Assembly (NCBI GenBank): GCA_016840095.1
Contig: JAEOSZ010000024.1
Coordinates: forward strand, 32,001-96,000
Length of the DNA stretch: 64,000 nucleotides
DNA from: Candidatus Heimdallarchaeota archaeon
Lineage (GTDB): Archaea > Asgardarchaeota > Heimdallarchaeia > Heimdallarchaeales > Heimdallarchaeaceae
Direction: 5' to 3'
Shown in pieces: positions 29,543 to 39,222 of this stretch (the first letter of the stretch is position 1; the number at the start of each line of letters is the position of its first letter). The notes beneath the pieces were generated by a model. The model saw only the letters and a program-made list of their open reading frames with translations, was not told the DNA's origin and did not search any database. A program made the position numbers and the translations under genes.

Positions 29543-29986
29543 ATGAAGAAAAGAATAATTGTGTTACTGATACTCAGCTTAACGATTTACTTTGCAGGTT
29601 CAAGCAGGGCTCATTCACCCACTAGTATAGAAATAGATTATGATTTTGAAACAAGCATACTCACAGTTACGGTTTATCACTCAGTTACTGAGCCAGATAT
29701 TCACTATATCAATCAAATAGATGTATGGGTTAATGATATTCTAAATACAACAGAATACTATTCTAGACAATTTGAAACTACTTATCAATATGATACATTT
29801 AATATTACGGCAAATCATAGTGACACTATCAAAATCAAGGCTCATTGCAATGTTTCTGGAAGTCTAATTGATGAATTTATATTACAAGATCCTGTAATTC
29901 CTGAATTTGGAATTATTATTCCATTAATACTATTCACACTACTGAGTGCACTTCTAGGATTAAAAATTAGTAAGAAGAATAGTTAA
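29543..29986 (+). CDS. Secreted Ig-like/desulfoferrodoxin-like protein with PEFG-type C-terminal sorting signal
   Basis: Signal peptide MKKRII..SSRA|H; H..H..HYI..CN..G; IPEFG + TM + KKN. Confidence 0.7.
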   Translation: MKKRIIVLLILSLTIYFAGSSRAHSPTSIEIDYDFETSILTVTVYHSVTEPDIHYINQIDVWVNDILNTTEYYSRQFETTYQYDTFNITANHSDTIKIKAHCNVSGSLIDEFILQDPVIPEFGIIIPLILFTLLSALLGLKISKKNS

Positions 29987-30098
29987 TTTCATTTTTTTCA
30001 TCTTCATTTAGAATTTATTTAAATGTATTATTCACTAAATAATTGATTTAGTTGCACCTATTAGAGCTAAGTGTTTCAAATTTACAATTAAAACCTTT

Positions 30099-30269
30099 TT
30101 ACTCTCTTTTTTTTATTTCAAAAGAATATTTTTCCTTATCAATAATATGACAAACTGCACAGTTACTACAAGAACTACTGCAACTTCCTTGTGACAAAAA
30201 AATCTTTGCTAATCTTCTCCTAGCTTTCATCCAGAATGAAATTTCGGTAGTATTTTCTTTATCAGTCAT
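30099..30269 (-). CDS. Cys-rich FeoC-like microprotein (56 aa), absent from the ORF track
   Basis: MTDKENTTEISFWMKARRRLAKIFLSQGSCSSSCSNCAVCHIIDKEKYSFEIKKRE; GGTGA SD overlaps the feoB TAG. Confidence 0.7.
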   Translation of the reverse strand: MTDKENTTEISFWMKARRRLAKIFLSQGSCSSSCSNCAVCHIIDKEKYSFEIKKRE

Positions 30270-30277
30270 ATTATCAC

Positions 30278-32425
30278 CTATAATATTGCAGTAAATATCT
30301 GAAACACTATCACTGTTAGAATAATCGTAACTATCAATGGATAGAAGAAACCAAGTGCTGTCATCTTCCAGCTTTTTGTTTCTGATTTAATTGTAGCCAT
30401 GGTTGCAAAACATGGTGCATATGTTAGCTGAAACAATAGGAAGGATATTGCTTGAGGTATTGACCAGCTAGCTTTCAAAGCTGTCACAACACTTCCACCT
30501 CCTGAATAGAGGATACTAAGAGCAGAGATAATAGCTTCTTTGGCAGGAATTCCAAAAAGTAAAGGGACAACCATTTTCCAGTCAAATCCAAATAAAGGTT
30601 TAGTGATTACTGATAATCCTCTTCCAATGTATCCTGCAATTGTATATTCAGGAGCAACTCCAAATGGTATATTACTTATGAACCAAATTAAAATTGATGC
30701 AAGAAAAATGAAAGTTCCAGCTTTCTTTAGAAAAACACCTGCTTTTTCCCAAGTTAAGTGTAAAACATTTCGTATTCTGGGACGTCTATATTCAGGTAGC
30801 TCCATTATCAATGGAAGCGGATCTTCTTTCCTATAAAAGATTTTGAATAGAAATCCAGTGAATAAAACTAGAAGAATACTTACTCCATATAATGAAAGCA
30901 TAATAAGAGCTGCTAACCAAGGTTGAAAGAAAATACCTGTTATAAAAGCTATAACTCCTAATCTAGCAGCACAAGGAATGAAGGAATTTGCTATTATCAT
31001 TGCAGTTCGATCCCGCTGATTCTTTACTGTTCTTGTAGCCATAATACCAGCTACATTACATCCAAATCCCATAATTAGACTTAGAAAAGATGATCCTTGC
31101 ATTCCAAATTTACCCATGACTCTGTCCATCAAATAGGCTGAACGAGCAAGATAGCCAGAGTCTTCTAAAAGTGCTATTAGAGCATAGAAAATCAAAATTA
31201 TAGGGATAAAAAGAATAACTGCTGCTATACCTGCTATTACACCATCAACTAACAAACTATTCAAAAATGCAGGACTATTAGCACTTTCAAGAGAAGTCAT
31301 AACCCAAGTGGAAAATTGTACAACTACCCAATCAATTCCATCAATAATTGGAGATGAAGCATAGAAAGTCAATAAGAAGAATGCTGCAAAAATAGCTATT
31401 AGGATTGGATAACCCCAGATTTTGTGGAGAAGAACTCTATCAAATTTATCACTTACTGTTTCTTTGAAATCTTCATAACCTTGAAGTGCATCATGAACAA
31501 TATGATGTAAAGCACTATATTTCCTCTTAGAAATTTCAGTTGCAGGATCAAACTTTTCTTCTTTTGCAAGTTGAGCAATTTTAGTTTCCATGTCTTCTAA
31601 ATCATATTCTTTCGCTAATTCATCCTTAACTAAAGAATCACCCTCCAAAACTCTAAAAGCAATCCATCGAGTTGGATACTTTGTCATTGTTTCTCTATCT
31701 TCAATCTGAGTTGAGATATTTTGAATCATGTACTCAATTTTGGGAGAATAGACCACCATAGCGGGATTGAAAAGATATTTCTTCGTGTGTAATGCATCAT
31801 AGATGAATTTTTTGATACGAATTATACTATCATCCTCATATGCACAAACATAGACTATAGGTACTCCAAGTTTTTTCTCTAAAAGCTGAGTATCTATATC
31901 AATGCATTCTTTCTCAGCTATGTCTTTCATATTAATTATAATTGCTACATTATCTGTTAGCTCCATAGCTTGAAGAGCAATAAAGAGTGTTCTCTCCAAT
32001 CTAGTCGCATCAGCGATAACACAGACAAGATCTGGTTGTTCTTCCACAATGAACTGTCGAGTAACAAGTTCTTCATCTGATCTAGCAGATAGAGAATAAG
32101 CACCAGGTAAATCTACTAAGGAAAAATATTCATCTGATAAAATGAAATGTCCTTCTTTTCGTTCTACTGTTTTTCCCGGCCAGTTCCCAATATGTTGATG
32201 AGAGCCAGTCAAAGTATTAAATAAAGAAGATTTCCCAACATTAGGATTCCCCAAGAAAGCAATTTTATGTTCAATTGTATGATCATTGAAAGAGGATCTT
32301 TTACCTTTACCATGAAAACGAGATTGTCTCTTAGTAGATTCAAAGTCATTCTGAGAAATTTTGATTCCTCTTTTATGTCTGTGAAACCTACCTTTTTTGC
32401 CACAATGTGGACAATTTTTTGTCAT
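30278..32425 (-). CDS. feoB: Ferrous iron transporter B
   Basis: GNPNVGKS, NWPGKT, DLPGAYSL, NMKD, EDSGY, GFGCN, ELP.Y, PC.AT. Confidence 0.96.
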   Translation of the reverse strand: MTKNCPHCGKKGRFHRHKRGIKISQNDFESTKRQSRFHGKGKRSSFNDHTIEHKIAFLGNPNVGKSSLFNTLTGSHQHIGNWPGKTVERKEGHFILSDEYFSLVDLPGAYSLSARSDEELVTRQFIVEEQPDLVCVIADATRLERTLFIALQAMELTDNVAIIINMKDIAEKECIDIDTQLLEKKLGVPIVYVCAYEDDSIIRIKKFIYDALHTKKYLFNPAMVVYSPKIEYMIQNISTQIEDRETMTKYPTRWIAFRVLEGDSLVKDELAKEYDLEDMETKIAQLAKEEKFDPATEISKRKYSALHHIVHDALQGYEDFKETVSDKFDRVLLHKIWGYPILIAIFAAFFLLTFYASSPIIDGIDWVVVQFSTWVMTSLESANSPAFLNSLLVDGVIAGIAAVILFIPIILIFYALIALLEDSGYLARSAYLMDRVMGKFGMQGSSFLSLIMGFGCNVAGIMATRTVKNQRDRTAMIIANSFIPCAARLGVIAFITGIFFQPWLAALIMLSLYGVSILLVLFTGFLFKIFYRKEDPLPLIMELPEYRRPRIRNVLHLTWEKAGVFLKKAGTFIFLASILIWFISNIPFGVAPEYTIAGYIGRGLSVITKPLFGFDWKMVVPLLFGIPAKEAIISALSILYSGGGSVVTALKASWSIPQAISFLLFQLTYAPCFATMATIKSETKSWKMTALGFFYPLIVTIILTVIVFQIFTAIL

Positions 32426-32436
32426 AACTAGAACAC

Positions 32437-32661
32437 CTAAGAAACTTCTATTTTCTTGGCTAAACCTCTTCCAATAGCTACTCGAGTTCCCTTTACATCA
32501 ACAATAATGGGACCTGTATCGTTTTTAACGACCCTGATTTTTTCTCCTTCGTGAATACCTAAGTCAGCTAAGAATCTTTGTGCTTTATGTCCAGCATTGA
32601 TAGTTTGAACTACAACTATACCATTCTCATGTGCATCATCTAAAGATACAGTCTGTGACAT
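32437..32661 (-). CDS. feoA: Ferrous iron transport protein A
   Basis: LADLGIHEG, GPIIV.V.G..VAIGRGLA; ATG at 32661 (track start 32673). Confidence 0.92.
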   Translation of the reverse strand: MSQTVSLDDAHENGIVVVQTINAGHKAQRFLADLGIHEGEKIRVVKNDTGPIIVDVKGTRVAIGRGLAKKIEVS

Positions 32662-32684
32662 AAAGCATCCCACACTTCAAGAAT

Positions 32685-32702
32685 ATTTGGACGCATCCAA
32701 AT
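32685..32702. promoter_or_regulatory. Palindrome ATTTGGA-CGCA-TCCAAAT upstream of feoA; candidate metal-repressor (DtxR/MntR-like) operator
   Basis: Perfect 7-bp arms between the feoA start and the TTTTAAAA TATA-like element near 32729. Confidence 0.6.
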
Positions 32703-32806
32703 CTCGTCTTGTGAATTTTCTTTGAAGGTTTTAAAAGATTGTTGTTATAACCGGTGAAAATTTGGATTAAAGAAGATTTGTCCAAATCTAAAAGAAAAAG
32801 AAAAGA

Positions 32807-33493
32807 TTAGAAAAATGGAGTAGCTTTAGGATATAAATCAAAAGAATTCGCAGTTCCATTAATACTATAAGTTGGATTCAAACCAATGTCAAACCAGTAA
32901 TTTCCTAGAGTTGTAACATTGTTATACCAGAGATTCAAAGAGCCATTATCTAATGTTTGCGATAAACCTGCACCAGGTGTATTACTTACAAAATCATTAT
33001 AGTATACAGAGATGTTTGTTGCAGTTAAACCCAATTTAATTGCATAACCAGCGTTTGTATGAAATCGACTATTATTGATAGTGAAATTTCCTGCTTTTGA
33101 TACATCTATACCTACAGAGTTATTGTAAAGATACACATTCTGAATTAACATTTTTTCAGCAGTTACGTTCTCGATGTATATTGCTACATCTGTATTGGAA
33201 ATGTTACATGATTGGATGTAGAAAGATTTTGTAGTATTAATTATTTTAATACCATATGTTTGATCTATATCAAAAACATATTCTGTAATGATATATGGAC
33301 TATCAGCAGTACCTTCTCCATCAAAATTATAATTTGACCAATCTGCATCAGACTCAATCAGAATTCCTGTGATCGGACCAGGTCCTCTAAAACTTAGAGT
33401 TATTATTACTACAAACAAACCAATAAAAATGATACCATAAAAAACTTTTACAATATCCAGGTTTTTGAAATCTATTCGAAATCTTTTGCTCAT
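32807..33493 (-). CDS. Right-handed parallel beta-helix (NosD-like) protein with N-terminal TM
   Basis: G.GT..SPYII, GI.I..N..I repeats, GNYW, D.YP. Confidence 0.8.
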   Translation of the reverse strand: MSKRFRIDFKNLDIVKVFYGIIFIGLFVVIITLSFRGPGPITGILIESDADWSNYNFDGEGTADSPYIITEYVFDIDQTYGIKIINTTKSFYIQSCNISNTDVAIYIENVTAEKMLIQNVYLYNNSVGIDVSKAGNFTINNSRFHTNAGYAIKLGLTATNISVYYNDFVSNTPGAGLSQTLDNGSLNLWYNNVTTLGNYWFDIGLNPTYSINGTANSFDLYPKATPFF

Positions 33494-33649
33494 CTATATC
33501 ACCAATTTTGTAATGTAAATATTGTAATTACACAGATAATTATTTGATATTCTTAAAAATATATCTAGATTGGACTATTCGACTAATTTAATTTAAAAAG
33601 ATTTAAAACATCGAGTTATCTAATATACTATACAAGTTGAGGGTAAAAA

Positions 33650-35071
33650 ATGGGAAAGAGTAAGAATCTCCAGTATCTTTTGATAGTTTTTTTCACTTCA
33701 TTTATAATCTTGAGTTCTTATAGTTGGAATAATAATTTAAATCTAAAACCTGAAACTTACGATTACTTTGCAAAGTCTACAAAAAATGACCTGAATACTC
33801 CTAGTTCAATTAATTATATTCCTCATGATTCTATAGAAATTACTAATGATTCAAATTTCACTGATTATGGATTTCCTGGATATGGTAATAGCACTCACCC
33901 ATATATTATAGAAAATTATGAAATCATTACTGCAAATGACACGGGGATTTTAATTTCTCAAACAACAATGCACTTTCTCATCCGTAATTGTTATGTTAAT
34001 GCAAACATCAATGGGATATATATTTATAATACGGCTCTAAACACAGCAGACCTAGTCAACAATACATGCATGAATAATGATGTTGGAATTTTTATAGAAG
34101 GATCAAGAGGTAACAAATTAATAGAAAATAGATGTAATTATAATCTATATGGAATTACTGTTTCTTCAGCAATAGGAACATTAATCTCTGAAACCACATG
34201 TGACTTCAATACATTTGATGGAATTTCTTTAGTAGAGAACACGGATATTGTGAACATAATTAACAGTGAATGCTCTAATAATGGGAGAGATGGCATCAGT
34301 TTAGATTTTGCTCAGAGTGTATACATTATATCAAGTACTTGTAGCGCTAATGGCAATAACGGAATTGCACTTTATTCTGCATTTGATGTTCTCATCACGG
34401 ATAATATAGTTAGTACAAATGATTTCCACGGTATTTCATTGGATAGATCTACAAATGCTGATGTTAAAAACTGTAGTTTTACTAATAATAGAGTTGATGG
34501 AATTTATGTCAGAGAAACAGATAGTTGTTCAATTTTTAATAACTCTGTTTCTGGAAATCGAATTGCAATTAATATTGTTACAACTGATTCAAGCTTAATT
34601 ACTTACAACAGAGTAAGTAACAATGAGTTATATGCTCTCAACCTAGGTTTTGTTAGTGAAAACAATATAATGCATCATAACAATTTCACTAATAACAACA
34701 TAGGAAGTGAATCTCAAGCTATAGACAACGGGAAAAATAATCTTTGGTATGATGAGGAAACACTGGATGGTAATTGGTGGTCCGACTTAGGTTCTGACTG
34801 TACATATAAAATTGATGGAAAAGCTCGCTCAAAAGATAAGTATCCTTTGAATAGAGATTTAGAATGTCCTAGTCCAAGTACTGTTAATTTGATATATATC
34901 TTAGCTGCAGTTTCAATATCATCAGTAGTAGCAACTTATCTATTTGTGAGATATATAACCCCCAGATTGAAATTCCGCAAAAAACCATGCCCAAGTTGTA
35001 ACAAGATTATAAGCTCGAAATCTTATTTCTGTGATTTTTGTGGGAGCAATCTATCTGAAGAAGCAAAATGA
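33650..35071 (+). CDS. NosD-like beta-helix surface protein with C-terminal TM and cytoplasmic zinc ribbon
   Basis: Signal peptide, many N..GI.L repeats, GNWWSD, TM, CPSC..CDFCG. Confidence 0.85.
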   Translation: MGKSKNLQYLLIVFFTSFIILSSYSWNNNLNLKPETYDYFAKSTKNDLNTPSSINYIPHDSIEITNDSNFTDYGFPGYGNSTHPYIIENYEIITANDTGILISQTTMHFLIRNCYVNANINGIYIYNTALNTADLVNNTCMNNDVGIFIEGSRGNKLIENRCNYNLYGITVSSAIGTLISETTCDFNTFDGISLVENTDIVNIINSECSNNGRDGISLDFAQSVYIISSTCSANGNNGIALYSAFDVLITDNIVSTNDFHGISLDRSTNADVKNCSFTNNRVDGIYVRETDSCSIFNNSVSGNRIAINIVTTDSSLITYNRVSNNELYALNLGFVSENNIMHHNNFTNNNIGSESQAIDNGKNNLWYDEETLDGNWWSDLGSDCTYKIDGKARSKDKYPLNRDLECPSPSTVNLIYILAAVSISSVVATYLFVRYITPRLKFRKKPCPSCNKIISSKSYFCDFCGSNLSEEAK

Positions 35072-35226
35072 AACAACTACAGAATTGATAACATCTTTTT
35101 GCCTTACATCTCCTTTAACCTACCTTTTTGTATACTCTCTTTTTAGATGGGGTTCTTATTAAGAAGGGAGTGGGTTTATTTCCATTGGAAAAAAGAAGAA
35201 AAAAGAAATCTTAGTTTAAGAATTTC

Positions 35227-36537
35227 TCAAAGATATTTTGGTTCTATTGATATTTTTCTTCTAAGAACAACTAGTATTAGAAAACTAGAAATTGAGATTA
35301 TAACTATAAATCCGTTAGCAGCTTCACATTCAAGCACGTCATATTTATGAACATACTCTGCAAGTAACATAGTTATATTGAAACATGCATCTCTACCTTC
35401 ATCCATCCCCTGATTTAGAAAAGTGATAACGCCATAAGGAACTGTGGTATTTCCATTGTAATAGCCATAAGCTTTTGTGTGAAAGGCCCAAGAATCACCT
35501 TCAGTACCTCCCCAACCGCCCCACTGTATTAGTGGATCATCGGGGGACAACCATGCAGTTTGTAGATCAACCATTGTTTGCAAGGTTTCCTCTTCCAAGA
35601 TACGCGTTCCATTTGAAACACCTCTATGTAAGAATACTTGTATAAATTTAGCTAAATCAAAGATATCAGATCGTATTCCACCAGCTCCATAGTTTATTGA
35701 ATTATAATGAGGATAAGCTTTATTCCCTGTAGATTCTGAATCTAACTCAAACAGATAAATGTACGGGATTGCAAGTCTTTCTAGATCAAAACTTGTATAA
35801 TTATACCCTGTACTAACCATCCCTAAAGGATCATAAATGTTGTTCTGTAAATATTCCCAGATTGGTTCTCCTGAGATTACTTGTATAAGATAACCTAAAA
35901 CATCATATCCAACATTGGAATATAATCGATTAGTTCCTGGTTCGTAAGGAGACCAAGCAATTGGTTCGTATAATGTACCGTTGGGAGTAAGATATCCCTC
36001 TATCCAATCAGGATATGGTAACCAATCAAAAGGATTTTCCCAGCCCATGTCTTGGAGCGCTTCACTCATTATTCCAAACCAATATGGATCAGAATCTTTG
36101 GTTAAACTAGATTTGTGTTGGAGAAGCATTGTGAAGGTTATAGGTGTGTTTGTGAAGTTAGGATGTCGTAAAGAGAAGGGTAAGTAATCATTGACATCAT
36201 CATCGAGTTGAATTAAACCTTGGTCATATAATTGGAAAATGGCTGTTGCAGTGAATGTTTTAGTTACAGATCCAACCAGGTAAATAAGATCTAGGTCTGA
36301 TTGCTCTCCATATCCCTTAGACCATATAATGGAGTTGTTTCTTATTACTGCAGTCGTAACAGATGGGATATAATATTGAGACATGATATCAGTTATTTGA
36401 CCATCTACATTTGGATTGAAGTCAGGTAAACAAACTGATTCAACATTAGCGTATGAAATAGATACGTGATTGATCAGACCAACAATTAAAAGAGTAAAAA
36501 GAAAATAGAATTTTGTTCTTCTTTTCATATGTATCAC
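35227..36537 (-). CDS. Serine hydrolase, beta-lactamase/PBP-like, secreted and C-terminally anchored (copy 1)
   Basis: SVTK, LLQHKS, YSN; signal peptide; NGF + TM + RRK. Confidence 0.88.
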   Translation of the reverse strand: MIHMKRRTKFYFLFTLLIVGLINHVSISYANVESVCLPDFNPNVDGQITDIMSQYYIPSVTTAVIRNNSIIWSKGYGEQSDLDLIYLVGSVTKTFTATAIFQLYDQGLIQLDDDVNDYLPFSLRHPNFTNTPITFTMLLQHKSSLTKDSDPYWFGIMSEALQDMGWENPFDWLPYPDWIEGYLTPNGTLYEPIAWSPYEPGTNRLYSNVGYDVLGYLIQVISGEPIWEYLQNNIYDPLGMVSTGYNYTSFDLERLAIPYIYLFELDSESTGNKAYPHYNSINYGAGGIRSDIFDLAKFIQVFLHRGVSNGTRILEEETLQTMVDLQTAWLSPDDPLIQWGGWGGTEGDSWAFHTKAYGYYNGNTTVPYGVITFLNQGMDEGRDACFNITMLLAEYVHKYDVLECEAANGFIVIISISSFLILVVLRRKISIEPKYL

Positions 36538-36750
36538 CTAGATTTGGAAACATGGACATTTATAAAGAGAGCTAAATTTCAGAGCTAGAATATTCTACTA
36601 TTGTTAAAATAAGATAGCTTCATATCCATCTTAGGTTTTTCAACATGATGTAAAAGAGAAGATTTTGCTAAATAGTACTATAATAAAGCAAAACAATTAA
36701 TTAGTAGATTTACATCATTGAGTCTGATTATAAATTGAGATGGTTAATTA

Positions 36751-37929
36751 ATGATAAACCAAGTGGAAGAATTATACAAACTCGGAAAAGAATATTTTGA
36801 CCAGAAAAATTATGTTGATGCCGAAATTACATTTAAACAAGTGTTAGAATTAGAAGAAAATCACATAGACTCAAATTATTATCTTAGCCGTGTATACCAA
36901 GAACAAAAGAAATATGCTGAAGCACAGCAATATTTTTTGAAAACTTTACAGTTAGACCCTAACAACAAATATGCTCAATTCAATCTTGGAAATGTTTTCT
37001 TTGTCCAAAAAAAATACTCTGATGCAGAAGTACAGTATAAGAAAGCTATTGAAATAGATGAAAAATATCTATACGCAATTCATACTTTAGGTCGCACCTA
37101 TTTAGAATTGAAGAAATTCGTAGAAGCTGAAAACCAGTTTAACCTAGTGATTAAATTAGATAAAGAATATATTGATGCGTGGTATTATCTTGGTATTTTA
37201 TACTACAGAAAACAAGATTTTGCTAAGGCTGAATCTTGGTTTACAGAGGTAATCCAATTAAAACCTGAATACAAGTCAGTGAGTTATTACCTTGGTAGAG
37301 TATATTTTTTTCAAAAGAATTTTGTAGATGCTGAGAAACAGTTAAGTAAAGCTGTAGATCAAAATAAAAAGGATTTAGAATCTAATTTTTATCTTGGGAT
37401 TGTATATATTAGCCAGGTTAAAGACCCATCTTCTTTAGCTATAGATACTTACAAGGAAGCAAATATCCTTTATAGCTCGAATGCTATAAAATATCTTGAA
37501 CAAGTACTTGCAATTAATCCAAAACATAAGGAAGCGTTGTGCTTCTTAGGATTTGCACATATTATTATCTATGATTATGATAAATCAACGAATCATGCTG
37601 ATAAAGCAATGGTTTATGCTGATGAAGCTCTTAAAATTGATCCAAATTTTAGCTTAGCATGGGGTTTAAAAGGAACTACAAATTTAGCATTAGGAAGAAA
37701 GCTTGAAGCTATAGAATGTGTAATTCGTTCAAAGGATGATGAAGCAATTGAGAAATTTCTAAAAGCTACCTATTCATCAAATTACTCGAGAATTGAATCA
37801 CAATGGAATTCTTTTAGATCTGGTAAGACACATAGAGAGGGCTTAGTTGCATCAATAACAAAAGATGCAGCAAAAGGATTTGCAAAAGAATTTGCAAAAG
37901 GAATATTGAAAGGTTTTTTGGGTTTATGA
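36751..37929 (+). CDS. Tetratricopeptide repeat protein
   Basis: Roughly 8-9 repeats of about 34 aa with Y.LG..Y...A....A...P pattern. Confidence 0.9.
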   Translation: MINQVEELYKLGKEYFDQKNYVDAEITFKQVLELEENHIDSNYYLSRVYQEQKKYAEAQQYFLKTLQLDPNNKYAQFNLGNVFFVQKKYSDAEVQYKKAIEIDEKYLYAIHTLGRTYLELKKFVEAENQFNLVIKLDKEYIDAWYYLGILYYRKQDFAKAESWFTEVIQLKPEYKSVSYYLGRVYFFQKNFVDAEKQLSKAVDQNKKDLESNFYLGIVYISQVKDPSSLAIDTYKEANILYSSNAIKYLEQVLAINPKHKEALCFLGFAHIIIYDYDKSTNHADKAMVYADEALKIDPNFSLAWGLKGTTNLALGRKLEAIECVIRSKDDEAIEKFLKATYSSNYSRIESQWNSFRSGKTHREGLVASITKDAAKGFAKEFAKGILKGFLGL

Positions 37930-37985
37930 TATGATTCTGTGTGGGTGGATTAAGAGAGTAATAGAACGATTTAAAGAAACCTGAA

Positions 37986-39155
37986 GTGGATGCAATGAGT
38001 GGAAAGTATATAATTGAAGACTTTGATTTCTTTGGTGGAATACACTGCGAAACAAGCGCTGTGAGAAAAATCTTCCTCTATAATAACTTGCCAATTTCTG
38101 AAGAGATGTTATTCGGACTTGCAGGAGGAATAGGGTTCATTTATTGGTATGTAAAACAAATGCCTGCCCCAGTTATAGGTGGAAGAGGAGGAGGAAGAGA
38201 TTTCATTGAAAACGCAGCTCGAAGAGCTGGTGCTAAACTTGAAATTAGACGAACAACTAGTAGTAAGAAAGGTTACGATTGGTTGATGGAAAAACTAGGA
38301 AATAATGAACCAACTGTTGTCTATGGGGATATGGCCTATTTACCATATTTAGGAGTGAGTGAAGATGCGCATTTTGGTCAACATGTTTTTGTTGTTTATG
38401 GAGTTGATGAAGAGGAAGATAAAGTATATATTTCTGATAGAGGTAACAAAGGAGTAACAGTATCTATTGAAGATATTAAAAAAGCAAGAGCATCCAAATT
38501 TCCTCCTTGGCCACCAAAGCATGCTACATTTGATTTTAAATTTCCATCGAATCTAAATATTACAAAACAAACAGTAATCGAATCTCTTGAGCAATGTGTA
38601 AATACTATGCTTAATCCACCAATCAGAAACATCGGAATAAGTGGTTTCGAAAAATGGGCTGATCTGGTGATTAAGTGGCCTGAAATATTCCCTGGAGAGA
38701 GATTATGGGAAGTTTTGTTCCAAGGTTTCATCTACATCGAAACAGGTGGAACAGGGGGAAGTGCATTTAGACCAATGTTTTGCAGATATCTAAAAGAGAT
38801 TGAACCTATTCTCGAAATAGATTCTTTGAGTAAAACTATAGAATTGTTTGAAAAATCAGCAAAGCACTGGAGTGAAATTGCTAGATTATATTTGCCAGAT
38901 GAGTATCCAACCTTAAAAAGTATGAGACAAAGAATTTTGGATTCAAATACAATATTTGAAGAGCAGAAATCAGACGCACTAACTCAAATGAAACTCTTAA
39001 ACAAAGAAATAGCAGATAGTAAACAAGAAATAAATAAAGAACTCAAGGATGGTCCAAAGTTTCTTCCCAAGGTTCGAGAGAAAATTCTACAACTTAGAGA
39101 TGTTGAAGCTGATGCTTTTACAAGTCTTCAAGAAACTATAAGTCAGTTAAAATAG
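37986..39155 (+). CDS. BtrH N-terminal domain / DUF4872 protein (papain-like fold)
   Basis: HCET, SEEMLFGLAGG.GF.Y, HFG.H..V.G.D, GTGG.AFR..F..YL.E. Confidence 0.8.
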   Translation: MDAMSGKYIIEDFDFFGGIHCETSAVRKIFLYNNLPISEEMLFGLAGGIGFIYWYVKQMPAPVIGGRGGGRDFIENAARRAGAKLEIRRTTSSKKGYDWLMEKLGNNEPTVVYGDMAYLPYLGVSEDAHFGQHVFVVYGVDEEEDKVYISDRGNKGVTVSIEDIKKARASKFPPWPPKHATFDFKFPSNLNITKQTVIESLEQCVNTMLNPPIRNIGISGFEKWADLVIKWPEIFPGERLWEVLFQGFIYIETGGTGGSAFRPMFCRYLKEIEPILEIDSLSKTIELFEKSAKHWSEIARLYLPDEYPTLKSMRQRILDSNTIFEEQKSDALTQMKLLNKEIADSKQEINKELKDGPKFLPKVREKILQLRDVEADAFTSLQETISQLK

Positions 39156-39222
39156 ATTAAAACTTAATTTCTAATACTCATGTAGTAATGATGATAACAA
39201 AAGAAAAAAGAAATATAGATAT

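Noticed and set aside
30047-30062. Weak DtxR-like box TTTAGTTGCACCTATT
   Set aside because: Poor symmetry, and it lies between convergent gene ends where no promoter is expected
32774-32789. Second palindrome AGATTTG-TC-CAAATCT near feoA
   Set aside because: Spacing differs from the main site and it sits at the 3' end of the upstream beta-helix gene next to a T-tract; more likely termination-related or chance
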